A stretch of 63,530 bases of DNA, the filler included. It is 6 parts of 6 records of this genome, joined end to end, with 100 filler letters (N's around TTAATTAATTAA, not from the genome) between each part and the next. Parts side by side here need not be neighbours in the genome. Positions count along the whole stretch, not along the records: positions 25,933 to 39,088 come from DRR723986_8400; 5 more parts are not named here. One strand, written 5' to 3'. The position numbers and the translations under genes were made by a program. Shown here piece by piece: positions 28,655 through 37,838 of the stretch; positions within the stretch are counted from its first letter, which is position 1, and each line of letters begins with the position of its first letter. A model generated the notes under the pieces. The model did not search any database. It saw only the letters and a program-made list of their open reading frames with translations, and was not told the DNA's origin.

Positions 28655-29554
28655 CTACAGGGCTCCCGAAATCTCGATCACCGACTCCAGACCCTGCAAG
28701 CGCTCTACCAGAAACTCCATGACCATTCTGACCCGGGCCATCTGCTGGGTATCCTGGTTTACATGGAGCCAGAGGTCGATGCTTTCGCCCTCCAGAGGAT
28801 CGGACAGCCGCCGCAATTCCCTGGTGGCGTCGCCCAGGTAACAGGGCAGCACCGCCAGGCCTGCCCCGGCCCGGGCAAGGGCATGCATGGACTGCAGGCT
28901 ATTGCAGCGAATCACCGACGTGACATTTTTCAGCTGTTTGCGGTACCAGCGCCCCGTTGCCAGGTGGCTGAAGGATTCGTCTGGCAGTATCCAGGTACAG
29001 CCTTCCGGCTGATTCTCAATATCCATGTTCCGGTGCCGGCGGCAGTATTTTGCTGCGCCATAGACCGCGGATTCGATTGCGGCAATCCGTTCACCCTCCA
29101 GCGTTGCCTGGGGCTTGTTCTCCGGCCGAAGGGTAAGGTCGGCTTCCCGGTGGCTGAGATTAGCCACATCGTTATCGGTGAGAACTTCCAGCTCAATCTC
29201 GGGATAGGTGCGCACCATCTCGGCCAGAATCGGGCTGAGCAGTTCATTCATCATCACGTCTTCAGCGGCCACACGAACCTTGCCAACCGGTGCGGAATCA
29301 TCCCCCACCAGTTTGCGCTCAAGGTTTTCCATATCGGTAGCCAGCCGTTCAGCCTCCCGAAAGGCCATTTCTCCCACGGGGGTGAGCTGCAATCCGCTCT
29401 GGTTACGCTCAAAAAACTGCACCCCCAGCGACTCTTCCATCTGATCAAGTCGCCGTAAAACAGTCGTTTGGTGAACACCCAGAATTTCACCGGCTTTTGC
29501 AAGCGTTCCGCCTATTGCAAGGGCCCTTATATATCGAAGATAATCCCAGTCCAT
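28655..29554 (-). CDS. LysR family transcriptional regulator
   Basis: MDWDYLRY..GGTLAKAG..LGVHQTTVLRRL HTH. Confidence 0.92.
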   Translation of the reverse strand: MDWDYLRYIRALAIGGTLAKAGEILGVHQTTVLRRLDQMEESLGVQFFERNQSGLQLTPVGEMAFREAERLATDMENLERKLVGDDSAPVGKVRVAAEDVMMNELLSPILAEMVRTYPEIELEVLTDNDVANLSHREADLTLRPENKPQATLEGERIAAIESAVYGAAKYCRRHRNMDIENQPEGCTWILPDESFSHLATGRWYRKQLKNVTSVIRCNSLQSMHALARAGAGLAVLPCYLGDATRELRRLSDPLEGESIDLWLHVNQDTQQMARVRMVMEFLVERLQGLESVIEISGAL

Positions 29555-29595
29555 AATCACTGCATATTTGCAACAAGGGTACGGATTTTAACGTA

Positions 29596-29624
29596 TTCAA
29601 GCTGCAAAAAAGAATCCTTAGAAT
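29596..29624 (+). promoter_or_regulatory. Putative sigma70 promoter divergent from the LysR gene
   Basis: TTCAAG-N17-TAGAAT; T-N11-A box TGCATATTTGCAA at 29561-29573. Confidence 0.5.
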
Positions 29625-29681
29625 TGAACGTAAATTAAAGATAGATCGCTAACAATCCACCAGATGAAGGAGGAAGGCGCT

Positions 29682-29876
29682 ATGACTCAGAACCATATCG
29701 CAACCGTTAAACCGCTGCCGTCCAGTATCCTCCACAACAGTACTGAGGTCAGGCGCCAGTATACCCGCGCTGCCGCAAGGCAGGCGATGCAGTTTATCAG
29801 CCGCAAGGTGCGAATTTTCAATCGCAAGGCGGTAGCCGTGGCGCAGGATATGCCCCAGGTTCAGGGCGGCCACTAA
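29682..29876 (+). CDS. Small basic hypothetical protein, 64 aa
   Basis: Strong SD AAGGAGG, upstream promoter and downstream terminator. Confidence 0.55.
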   Translation: MTQNHIATVKPLPSSILHNSTEVRRQYTRAAARQAMQFISRKVRIFNRKAVAVAQDMPQVQGGH

Positions 29877-29908
29877 AACAGACTGCACGCCTTTCGGGGT
29901 TGCTGAAT

Positions 29909-29944
29909 AAAAAACGCCGGCATGTTTCCATGCCGGCGTTTTTT
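29909..29944. terminator. Bidirectional Rho-independent terminator
   Basis: AAAAAACGCCGGCATG-TTTC-CATGCCGGCGTTTTTT. Confidence 0.92.
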
Positions 29945-29961
29945 TGTTCGCTTGTACTTGG

Positions 29962-31644
29962 TCAGAATTCCCAGATCACTTTGCGTTTCTGCTCAAACCA
30001 CTCGTCCATCTTGCGGTTGTAGAAATCCTCGATGACATTGCGTTTGATCTTCATGGTGGGTGTGAGCATACCGTTTTCCATGGTCCAGGGTTCACGCACC
30101 ACGACGACAAAAGCCACCTTTTCGTGGGACTCACATTCCGCATTCACGGAGTCCAGTTCCTCCGCCAGCTCTTGTTCCAGCTCGCTGCGACTGCCTCCCC
30201 GCTCCAGTTCATCGCGGGCCTCCTCGGAAAGCAGTACCATCAGGCACGGCTGGGGCTGGTTGGCACCGGCCACACACACCACTTCCGCCTTGGGGTGATT
30301 GAACCGGTTCTCGATAGGCACCGGCACCACGTATTTCCCCTTTGAGGTTTTGAACAGGTCCTTAACCCGCCCGGTAATGCGCAGGCATCCATCACGGTCA
30401 ATTTCACCCATGTCACCGGTTTTGAGAAAACCGTCATCCGTCAGGTCTTCCCGGGTTTTTTCCTCGTTCTTGTAATAACCGAGCATCTGGCCCGGGCTCC
30501 TCACCTGAACTTCGCCGCCCTCCCCAATCCGATGTTCAACACCCGGGTTGGCCATTCCAACGGTGCCCACCTTGGCCTGGCCCGGACGGTTGGCATGGGA
30601 ATAGCCGAAGTTCTCCGACATGCCGTAGACCTCCAGCAACTCCAGACCAAGGCTTCGGTACCAGCCGATGATCTCTGCCGAGAGCGGAGCCGCACCGGTG
30701 AGTGCCGCCCGGCAATGATCCAGCCCCAGCTGTTTGAGCACCTTTTTCTTAACCAGCGTGTTCAGAATCGGGATATTGAACAGCAGTTTCTGCTTCTTGG
30801 GCGGCAACTTCGCATTCACCCCCAGGTAGAATTTCATCCACAGGCGAGGCACCGAGAAAAACAGGGTTGGCCGGGCCCGCTGCAGATCCTCCTGGAAGGT
30901 ATCCAGCGAATTGGCAAAGTACAGATGGAAACCGTAATACAGTGACTGGGTCTCCACCGCCGCCCGTTCGGCCACATGGGCCAGGGGCAGATAGGACAAC
31001 ATACGTTCGCTGGCCGACACCGGGAATAGCTGCTGCAGCCCGTCGGCAACCGAGATCATGGTCCGGAAGCTGTGCATCACGCCTTTCGGCCGCCCGGTAC
31101 TGCCGGAGGTGTAAACAATGGTGGCCAGATCATCGGGATCGGGCAGTTTCGGTTTCGCCGGGGACTGCTCGGCGATAATGTCCTGCCATTTGGGCGTGTC
31201 GTCCCGAGGCGATAGCGGCAGCGAGATAATCGGTAATTGCTCGGGAATATGGCCCTTGATGTCATGCCAGCCATCGGCCGTGCCGTCGAGTTTGCCGAGA
31301 AACAGCATCTGAGCTTCACTGTGGTCCAGAATATAGGCTGCGGTCTCGCCATTCAGAGTTGGATAGAGCGGCACGCTGACGTGCCCTGCTGCCCAGATGG
31401 CCAGATCGGACAGAATCCAGTGGGCGCTGTTTTTGCCCAGAATCCCGATATTGCTTCGCTGAGGCAACCCCAGCGTGTTCAGGTGAGCGGCCATGCGCGA
31501 CACCTGGTCGGCGGCTTCACGCCAGGTAATATCTTCAACGCGCCCGTCGGGGTATGGCTGGGTCAAAAAAACGTTGTCGGGAGTATGCTCTGCCCAGTAA
31601 TAAAGGCAATGCAGCGAAGTCTGCTTGTTCGGATCTACGGCCAT
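29962..31644 (-). CDS. Long-chain acyl-CoA synthetase (AMP-binding)
   Basis: YTSGSTGRPKG, LPLAHVAE, YGMSE, KTGD and TPTMKIKR motifs. Confidence 0.9.
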   Translation of the reverse strand: MAVDPNKQTSLHCLYYWAEHTPDNVFLTQPYPDGRVEDITWREAADQVSRMAAHLNTLGLPQRSNIGILGKNSAHWILSDLAIWAAGHVSVPLYPTLNGETAAYILDHSEAQMLFLGKLDGTADGWHDIKGHIPEQLPIISLPLSPRDDTPKWQDIIAEQSPAKPKLPDPDDLATIVYTSGSTGRPKGVMHSFRTMISVADGLQQLFPVSASERMLSYLPLAHVAERAAVETQSLYYGFHLYFANSLDTFQEDLQRARPTLFFSVPRLWMKFYLGVNAKLPPKKQKLLFNIPILNTLVKKKVLKQLGLDHCRAALTGAAPLSAEIIGWYRSLGLELLEVYGMSENFGYSHANRPGQAKVGTVGMANPGVEHRIGEGGEVQVRSPGQMLGYYKNEEKTREDLTDDGFLKTGDMGEIDRDGCLRITGRVKDLFKTSKGKYVVPVPIENRFNHPKAEVVCVAGANQPQPCLMVLLSEEARDELERGGSRSELEQELAEELDSVNAECESHEKVAFVVVVREPWTMENGMLTPTMKIKRNVIEDFYNRKMDEWFEQKRKVIWEF

Positions 31645-31841
31645 TGTGCGTCCTTGTTATTGTTTTCTTCCTCTCCATACTAGCCAACTTTCCGACTCCC
31701 TCAATAGCAATAACAATCCCGGTGATTGGCCGTTTAGCTCGAATCTGAGACCTGTCACTCAAAATACTTCGTGACATCCGTCAAGTCTGGTCTAGATTGA
31801 AAGTTGCAGCGTAAAGATTGTCATCACCTCAGGAGGTCGTT

Positions 31842-31949
31842 ATGAAATCGTCAACGCGCTCTGTTCTGATCTTTCCGGCCTGGGCCCTGATTCTGGTCGG
31901 TTCCGGTGCCTTTCTCTACAGCGCCTGGGCAGGCATGCTCGGTTCCTGA
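31842..31949 (+). CDS. 35-aa single-TM small protein MKSSTRSVLIFPAWALILVGSGAFLYSAWAGMLGS
   Basis: AGGAGG SD at 31831-31836; hydrophobic helix; fills an intergenic gap; too short for the ORF track. Confidence 0.65.
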   Translation: MKSSTRSVLIFPAWALILVGSGAFLYSAWAGMLGS

Positions 31950-31959
31950 CCGTTAAACG

Positions 31960-32388
31960 CTAACGTTTGAAGCGGGTTTCCAGCACGACGGCTGAGTTGG
32001 TTCGTTCGACGCCTTCGAGATTGCCGATGTCGTCCAGCACCTTACTTAACTCCTCCAGAGTACGGGCCTGGACAATCGCTATAAGGTCATATTCCCCGCT
32101 CACGGCAAATAACTGTGCCACCTGGCTGATACGCTCCAGTTCCGTGTTGGTTCTGGCGGTCAGCTTCTGCCGGACCTTGATAGACACGTGGGCTTCCACC
32201 TGCCCTTCCAGATAATCCCCTCCCAGAATCACTGAATAGCCGCGAATGACGCCGCTGGCCTCCAGCCTGGCAATACGATTCTGAATCGTTGATCGGGACA
32301 CGTGCAGTGCCTTGGCCAGTTCGGTCACACTCGTACGGGCATTGCGCCGGAGCAGGGCAAGCAGTTTCTGATCTCGACTTTCTGTCAT
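31960..32388 (-). CDS. Lrp/AsnC family regulator
   Basis: LRRNARTSVTELA..RIARLEASGVIRGY and VSGEYD motifs. Confidence 0.92.
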   Translation of the reverse strand: MTESRDQKLLALLRRNARTSVTELAKALHVSRSTIQNRIARLEASGVIRGYSVILGGDYLEGQVEAHVSIKVRQKLTARTNTELERISQVAQLFAVSGEYDLIAIVQARTLEELSKVLDDIGNLEGVERTNSAVVLETRFKR

Positions 32389-32503
32389 TTTGACCCCCAA
32401 ACCTATCATTTCAACAAAACAATAGATCATTTCGAACATTCTGACACTGCAAATCGGCGGCTTACGCACTCATACTGATAAAAAACAATTTTGAGGTGCC
32501 GCC

Positions 32504-33604
32504 ATGATTATTCGCCCGGTTCGTCATGACGACCTGAACGATCTGTACGAGATAGCCTGCGAGTCCGGCCCGGGATTTACTTCCCTGATGCCGGACAAAG
32601 ACCGGCTATCCCGAAAAATTGAGGGCTCGATTCGCAGCTTCCGCTCACAGGCCGTCGACCACAGCGAACAACGCTACCTGTTTGTGCTTGAAGAGGAGAC
32701 TTCCGGGCAGATCATGGGTACAACCGGCATTACCTCTGGAACCGGCCGGTCGCAACCGCTTTACCATTTTCGCCACAGCACCCTCACTCATCACTCCAGA
32801 GAGTTGGGGCTCCGGCGCTCCGTGGGCGCGCTCACCCGCTGCGTGCACTACCGGAACTGTACGGAGTTCTGTTCACTGTATCTGCGCCCGGCTTTTCGCC
32901 GCGCCAATGCCGGCAAATTACTCTCCAAAGTCCGCTTCGCCTTTATCGCCCAACATCTGGACCGCTTTCCGAACCTGGCCATTGCCCAGATGCGGGGTGT
33001 GGCTGATGAACACGGCCAGTCGCCCTTCTGGGACTGGCTGCGGGATCACTTTATTGATCTGGATTTCAGCCAGGTCACGCAACTGGCGGGTGCTGGTTCA
33101 CTGGACTTCGTCGAGGACCTGATGCCTTCATTACCGCTCTATACTCATTTAATGAGCAATCCGGCCCGGGCTGTCATCGGTCAGGTGCATCCGGACACCA
33201 GGCCCGCGCTGGCGATGCTCAAGGCAGAGGGGTTCCGCCATCGGGGGCTGGTGGATCTGTTCGATGCCGGCCCCACCGTTGAATGCCGGACAGATGACAT
33301 CCGCAGTGTCCGGGAAGCTGCACTGATGTCGGTAGAGATCAGCACAACCGGAAACCAACACCTTACAGACACAGGCCGCCCGGTGCTTGTGACTAATACC
33401 GGGCTCGAGGGCTTTCGCGCGATGGTTGTGAATACAGACACTCACGCCCTGGCCAGCGGCCGGATCGAGCTTTCAACCAAGCAAGCCGATGCGCTGGACC
33501 TCAGTGTGGGCGCATCAGTACGAGCCCTGCCCCTGGGCCAGCAAGCCATTCCGGCGGCCTCAATCCATGTCACAGATTCTGCGGAGGTTCACTATGCACT
33601 CTGA
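32504..33604 (+). CDS. astA: Arginine N-succinyltransferase-like protein
   Basis: SGPGFTSL, LLSKVRF, QMRGV...SPFW, IGQVHPDT and DLFDAGP motifs. Confidence 0.85.
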   Translation: MIIRPVRHDDLNDLYEIACESGPGFTSLMPDKDRLSRKIEGSIRSFRSQAVDHSEQRYLFVLEEETSGQIMGTTGITSGTGRSQPLYHFRHSTLTHHSRELGLRRSVGALTRCVHYRNCTEFCSLYLRPAFRRANAGKLLSKVRFAFIAQHLDRFPNLAIAQMRGVADEHGQSPFWDWLRDHFIDLDFSQVTQLAGAGSLDFVEDLMPSLPLYTHLMSNPARAVIGQVHPDTRPALAMLKAEGFRHRGLVDLFDAGPTVECRTDDIRSVREAALMSVEISTTGNQHLTDTGRPVLVTNTGLEGFRAMVVNTDTHALASGRIELSTKQADALDLSVGASVRALPLGQQAIPAASIHVTDSAEVHYAL

Positions 33605-34394
33605 CGTCGACACCCTGTTTCGCGCGCTCTGGGAAGACTACCGGGCCGTAACACCTTCGGCAGACCGCATTCATGCCCTGCTGGCCGAGCGCGAGAACAC
33701 CGCCATCGTCAATGATCATATCGCCCTGAGAACCTTCAACCTGGCGCCGGTGGGTCTGGACGCCCTGGCTGCGCATTTCCTGGCTTTAGGTTACCAACCC
33801 GGTGGCGAATACCATTTTGAAGCCAAGAAGCTCTATGCCCGGCATTACGAGCACCCGGACCCGGAGGTGCCAAAAGTGTTTATCTCCGAACTGCTGGTCG
33901 AACAATGCTCAGACCAGCTGCAAGCGGTGGTGCAGGGTCTGGTAGACCAGATCGACCCGAAAAGAGTGCAGGCTGATGACTTTCTCTACTCAGGTCGACA
34001 CTGGCATCTGGATTACTCAACCTATCGACAGTTGCTTGAGGAAAGTGAATACGCCGGCTGGCTGGCAGCCTGGGGCTATCGCGCCAACCACTTTACCGTG
34101 AGCATAAACCACCTGGACACGATTCACTCGGTACCAGACATCAACACGCTGCTGAAAGAACAGGGTTTTTCCGTGAATGCCAGTGGTGGAGAAGTGAAAG
34201 GTTCACCGCAGGACTGCCTGGAACAGTCGTCCACTATGGCCGACCGTGTTACCGCGCACTTTACCGACCAGGACGCAGTCATTCCGAGCTGCTTTTACGA
34301 ATTTGCCAAGCGCTACCCATTGGCCAACGGCAAACTCTATAGCGGTTTTGTTGCCGCCTCCGCCGATCGGATTTTCGAGAGCACCCATAGTTAA
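33594..34394 (+). CDS. DUF1338 family metalloenzyme (2-oxoadipate dioxygenase/decarboxylase-like)
   Basis: NDHIALRT, KVFISEL, ESEYAGW, NHFTVS, LEQSST and FYEF motifs. Confidence 0.85.
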   Translation: MHSDVDTLFRALWEDYRAVTPSADRIHALLAERENTAIVNDHIALRTFNLAPVGLDALAAHFLALGYQPGGEYHFEAKKLYARHYEHPDPEVPKVFISELLVEQCSDQLQAVVQGLVDQIDPKRVQADDFLYSGRHWHLDYSTYRQLLEESEYAGWLAAWGYRANHFTVSINHLDTIHSVPDINTLLKEQGFSVNASGGEVKGSPQDCLEQSSTMADRVTAHFTDQDAVIPSCFYEFAKRYPLANGKLYSGFVAASADRIFESTHS

Positions 34395-34406
34395 ACCAGG
34401 GAAGGC

Positions 34407-35066
34407 TTAAGGCCAGCCTTCCTCACCCAGCAGCGGGACAAAGCGTACATCGCCGTAGCTCGCCTGCTCATACTCGGAATCCGACAGCCGGGTGATGCAG
34501 AGCAGTTGCTGAAGGCCGCCCTCTGTGCCCACCGGAATCACCAGCCGCCCGCCGACCGCCAGTTGTTGCTTGAGGGCCGCTGGCACCGCAGGGGCTCCGG
34601 CAGCCACGCAGATGCCATCAAATGGTGCTGCCTCTGGCCAGCCTAACGTACCGTCTGCGCATTTCACATGCACCTGGGTGAAGCCTGTTCGGTCCAGATT
34701 TTTGCGCGCCTGGGCCGCCAGTTCCGGAATACGCTCAATGGAAAAAACTTCCAGAGCGAGACTGGCCAGGACGGCGGCGGCGTAGCCCGAACCGGTGCCA
34801 ATATCGAGCACTCGCTCGCGGCCCTTGAGACACAGAGCTTCTGCCATCAGGGCAACGATGTAAGGCTGAGAAATGGTCTGACCCTGGCCAATGGGTACCG
34901 GGTGGTCCTCATAAGCCTCGAAGCGCAGATGTTCGGGAACAAACTGCTCTCTGGGCACACGCTCCATGGCCTCCAGCACCCGTCCATCGGAAATACCCCG
35001 AGGCACCAGCTGGCACCGGACCATGGCCCGTCGGATATCACTCAGATCCTGTCCGTCTTTGTTCAT
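34407..35066 (-). CDS. pcm: Protein-L-isoaspartate O-methyltransferase
   Basis: QTISQPY, DIGTGSGY, APFD and VRFVPL motifs. Confidence 0.93.
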   Translation of the reverse strand: MNKDGQDLSDIRRAMVRCQLVPRGISDGRVLEAMERVPREQFVPEHLRFEAYEDHPVPIGQGQTISQPYIVALMAEALCLKGRERVLDIGTGSGYAAAVLASLALEVFSIERIPELAAQARKNLDRTGFTQVHVKCADGTLGWPEAAPFDGICVAAGAPAVPAALKQQLAVGGRLVIPVGTEGGLQQLLCITRLSDSEYEQASYGDVRFVPLLGEEGWP

Positions 35067-35242
35067 AAGGCGTCCCTCCTCATGCTTACCTGGCGTTACA
35101 AAGGCATAACTTTTTTACAACAGTGCGAACACCCGGGACTGACTACTTTTTAACCATAGGTTACTCCCGATACCGACACAGGAGAACCAGACAACAACAA
35201 AAAGATCAGGGCCCATAAACCGGCCCGAATGGAGCGCAGACC

Positions 35243-35908
35243 ATGTCAACATCCGTCGATCATCTTCAGGAACGTACCCAGGACGCCAGCGACCTGCTAA
35301 CGGACATCGTACCCTCGGCCATTACGCTCGCCACCATGCTACGCCACCGGAAAATGGCGGCCTGGTTGCGGGAAGAATTTGATGGCTACACCGACAAGGA
35401 CAAGGCCCCGCCCTACCGACGCGATCTGCCCGGTCACATTGTTGCAAAATCACCCCAGTACGGCTGGATTCCAGCGCCGGTGGATGAGCGCCAGACCGCG
35501 GAATACGGTCACCTGGACCTTCCGGAGGGCATCAAGTCCCTGGAGCAGGTGTGCCTGAACTGCAAGAAAGGCAATGGTCATCGGGCATTGCTGGACAAAG
35601 ACGACATGGCCCATGTGCAAAAGCAAATCAACCTCAAGGCGGAACTGGCGATCAATCTCAGCCGTGAAGTTTACTGCCGCCTGCTGCGCACCATCCGCTC
35701 GGCGATCTACCTCTGGACAGAGTCCCTGGCCGACGCCGGCATGACCGGGGAACACAATCATTACAGCCCGGAAGAACGCAAGGCCGTGGAGCACCTGGAC
35801 ACTCCTGAAGTTTTCTGGCGCCAGGCCATGGAGCAGGTGGATGAACTGCCTGTGCCCGATGTCAGGGAACTGGGTTTCCTTGAACGTATGTTTGGGCGCG
35901 CCGGCTAA
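35243..35908 (+). CDS. AbiTii-like domain protein
   Basis: A..LA..L....M.AWLREEFDGY.....PPYRR...G....SPQYGWIP pattern. Confidence 0.6.
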   Translation: MSTSVDHLQERTQDASDLLTDIVPSAITLATMLRHRKMAAWLREEFDGYTDKDKAPPYRRDLPGHIVAKSPQYGWIPAPVDERQTAEYGHLDLPEGIKSLEQVCLNCKKGNGHRALLDKDDMAHVQKQINLKAELAINLSREVYCRLLRTIRSAIYLWTESLADAGMTGEHNHYSPEERKAVEHLDTPEVFWRQAMEQVDELPVPDVRELGFLERMFGRAG

Positions 35909-36069
35909 GCCCCGCCATTGCCGCCCGCAGCGTCGGGCGGCAGAAGCCAACCGCGATTTGCCCCTACCGGGATTGAACGATCAGGCTATACTGCCGTCAG
36001 ATAGACTGCCCAGGCATTACGGACACCACAGGGACAGCCTTTGATCGTACACCGCAATGGAGGCGCAGA

Positions 36070-37752
36070 TTGCAGGAAGCTCGTTACCCACTCACCCTGT
36101 ACTGGCTTCTCCTGGCTCTGGTGCTTGCGGTTCCGGCCAGGGCCCAGGGCAATGATGGACTGATCAACCGCATTGAAGCCCTGCAGGCTGGTTACCCGGT
36201 ATCGGTGCTGGAATCCCGGCTATATGCCAAGGAAGCACTGACGCGATTCTACGAAGCCAGAGGGTACACGCTGGCCTGGGAGGACCCGAGCAATCGCAGG
36301 GAATTGCTCGAAGCCATCCGGGCAGTGGCCGGTGACGGTCTCAACCCCCGCGACTACCACTACGACACCCTTGCAGCACTCGCCCTGAAAGACCTGAATG
36401 ACGGCGCCGAGGAATTACAGACCGACCTTGACCTTGTGCTCTCGGATGCCTTCCTGCTACTGGCGTCCCACCTGCACCACGGCAAGGTCAACCCCACAAC
36501 CATCCATGCGGAATGGACCGCCAACCGCCAGCAAAGGGAGATGCAGTCGGTCTTGGCCGAAGCCCTGGCCAGCGGCACCGTCTACTCCACCCTGCAGGAT
36601 CTCAAACCCCGCTCTGCGGCCTACCATCAACTGGTACAACGACGTAAAGCGCTGGGTGAGCTGATCGGCGCAGACTGGCCGGCTATCGTTTCGGGACCAA
36701 GTATCCGACCAGGCGATACCGACAGCCGCATACCCGACATTCGTCGCCGCCTGGCACTGTTGGGCGACCTCTCCGACGACTCACCAGAAGCCTCGAATCA
36801 CCAACACTACGACGACGCCCTGGCCACTGCGATCCCGTTATTCCAGGCCCGACACGGCCTGGAACCAGATGGAATCGTCGGCCGGGACACTCTGACAGCG
36901 CTGAACCTGTTGCCCCTGGAACGGATATACCGCCTGGACGCAAACCTGGAACGGTGGCGGTGGTTACCGGAATCCCTGGGAGAAACCTATGTCGTCGTTA
37001 ACATCGCCGGTTTTGAGCTGGTTCTCGTAGAGAGCGGCGAGCAGGTCCATCGCCAACGGGTAATTGTTGGCAGGCCATACCGGCAGACGCCAGTATTCAG
37101 CGATCGCATTCGCTACCTGGTTTTCAATCCGACCTGGACGGTACCCCGGAAGCTGATGATCGAAGACCAGCTACCGATCATACGGTCAGATCCGGAGTAT
37201 CTGGAGCGCCTGGGCTTCAAGGTTTTCAGGGGCTGGGGCGCAAACCAGAGCGAAGTCGATCCAGCAGAAATCGACTGGACGGAACTCTCGAAGAACAACT
37301 TTCCCTACCAGCTGATTCAGCAGCCCGGTCCCCAGAATGCGCTGGGCCAGGTCAAATTCATGTTCCCGAACCAGTACGATATCTACCTCCACGATACCCC
37401 GGCGCAATCGTTGTTCAGTCGGCTGGAGCGAACCCTGAGCTCCGGCTGCATCCGTCTGGAACGCCCCTTTGAGCTGGCCGAACGATTGCTGGCAAACACC
37501 AACGGATGGAACAAAAAGCGAATTGAGCAGACCCTGGCAACCGCCGAACCGGCAACCGTAGTGCTATCGGAACCGGTGCCTGTGTACCTGCAATACTGGA
37601 CCACCTGGATTGATCCGGCCGGCGTTCTCCAGTTCCGGAACGATGTGTATGATCGTGACCGCCGTTTGCTGCAGGCACTGCGTGCAGATTCTGAGGGCGG
37701 ACAGTCACTTACACCCAGAGCTGATAATCGTCCCACGGCACGCACGGACTAG
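36070..37752 (+). CDS. L,D-transpeptidase, YcbB/LdtD-like
   Basis: PG-binding FQARHGLEPDG; NLERWRW, NALG.VKF and IYLHDTP...SSGCIR motifs. Confidence 0.92.
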   Translation: MQEARYPLTLYWLLLALVLAVPARAQGNDGLINRIEALQAGYPVSVLESRLYAKEALTRFYEARGYTLAWEDPSNRRELLEAIRAVAGDGLNPRDYHYDTLAALALKDLNDGAEELQTDLDLVLSDAFLLLASHLHHGKVNPTTIHAEWTANRQQREMQSVLAEALASGTVYSTLQDLKPRSAAYHQLVQRRKALGELIGADWPAIVSGPSIRPGDTDSRIPDIRRRLALLGDLSDDSPEASNHQHYDDALATAIPLFQARHGLEPDGIVGRDTLTALNLLPLERIYRLDANLERWRWLPESLGETYVVVNIAGFELVLVESGEQVHRQRVIVGRPYRQTPVFSDRIRYLVFNPTWTVPRKLMIEDQLPIIRSDPEYLERLGFKVFRGWGANQSEVDPAEIDWTELSKNNFPYQLIQQPGPQNALGQVKFMFPNQYDIYLHDTPAQSLFSRLERTLSSGCIRLERPFELAERLLANTNGWNKKRIEQTLATAEPATVVLSEPVPVYLQYWTTWIDPAGVLQFRNDVYDRDRRLLQALRADSEGGQSLTPRADNRPTARTD

Positions 37753-37766
37753 CTTCTTGCGGTCAT

Positions 37767-37792
37767 AAAAAAACACCGGGCAAAGCCCGGTG
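37767..37792 (-). terminator. Rho-independent terminator of tctA
   Basis: CACCGGGC-AAA-GCCCGGTG preceded by A7 on the + strand. Confidence 0.8.
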
Positions 37793-37838
37793 CAAAGACT
37801 GACAAAGGCAGCTCGTCAGAAAAGCCTTAAAGATATGG

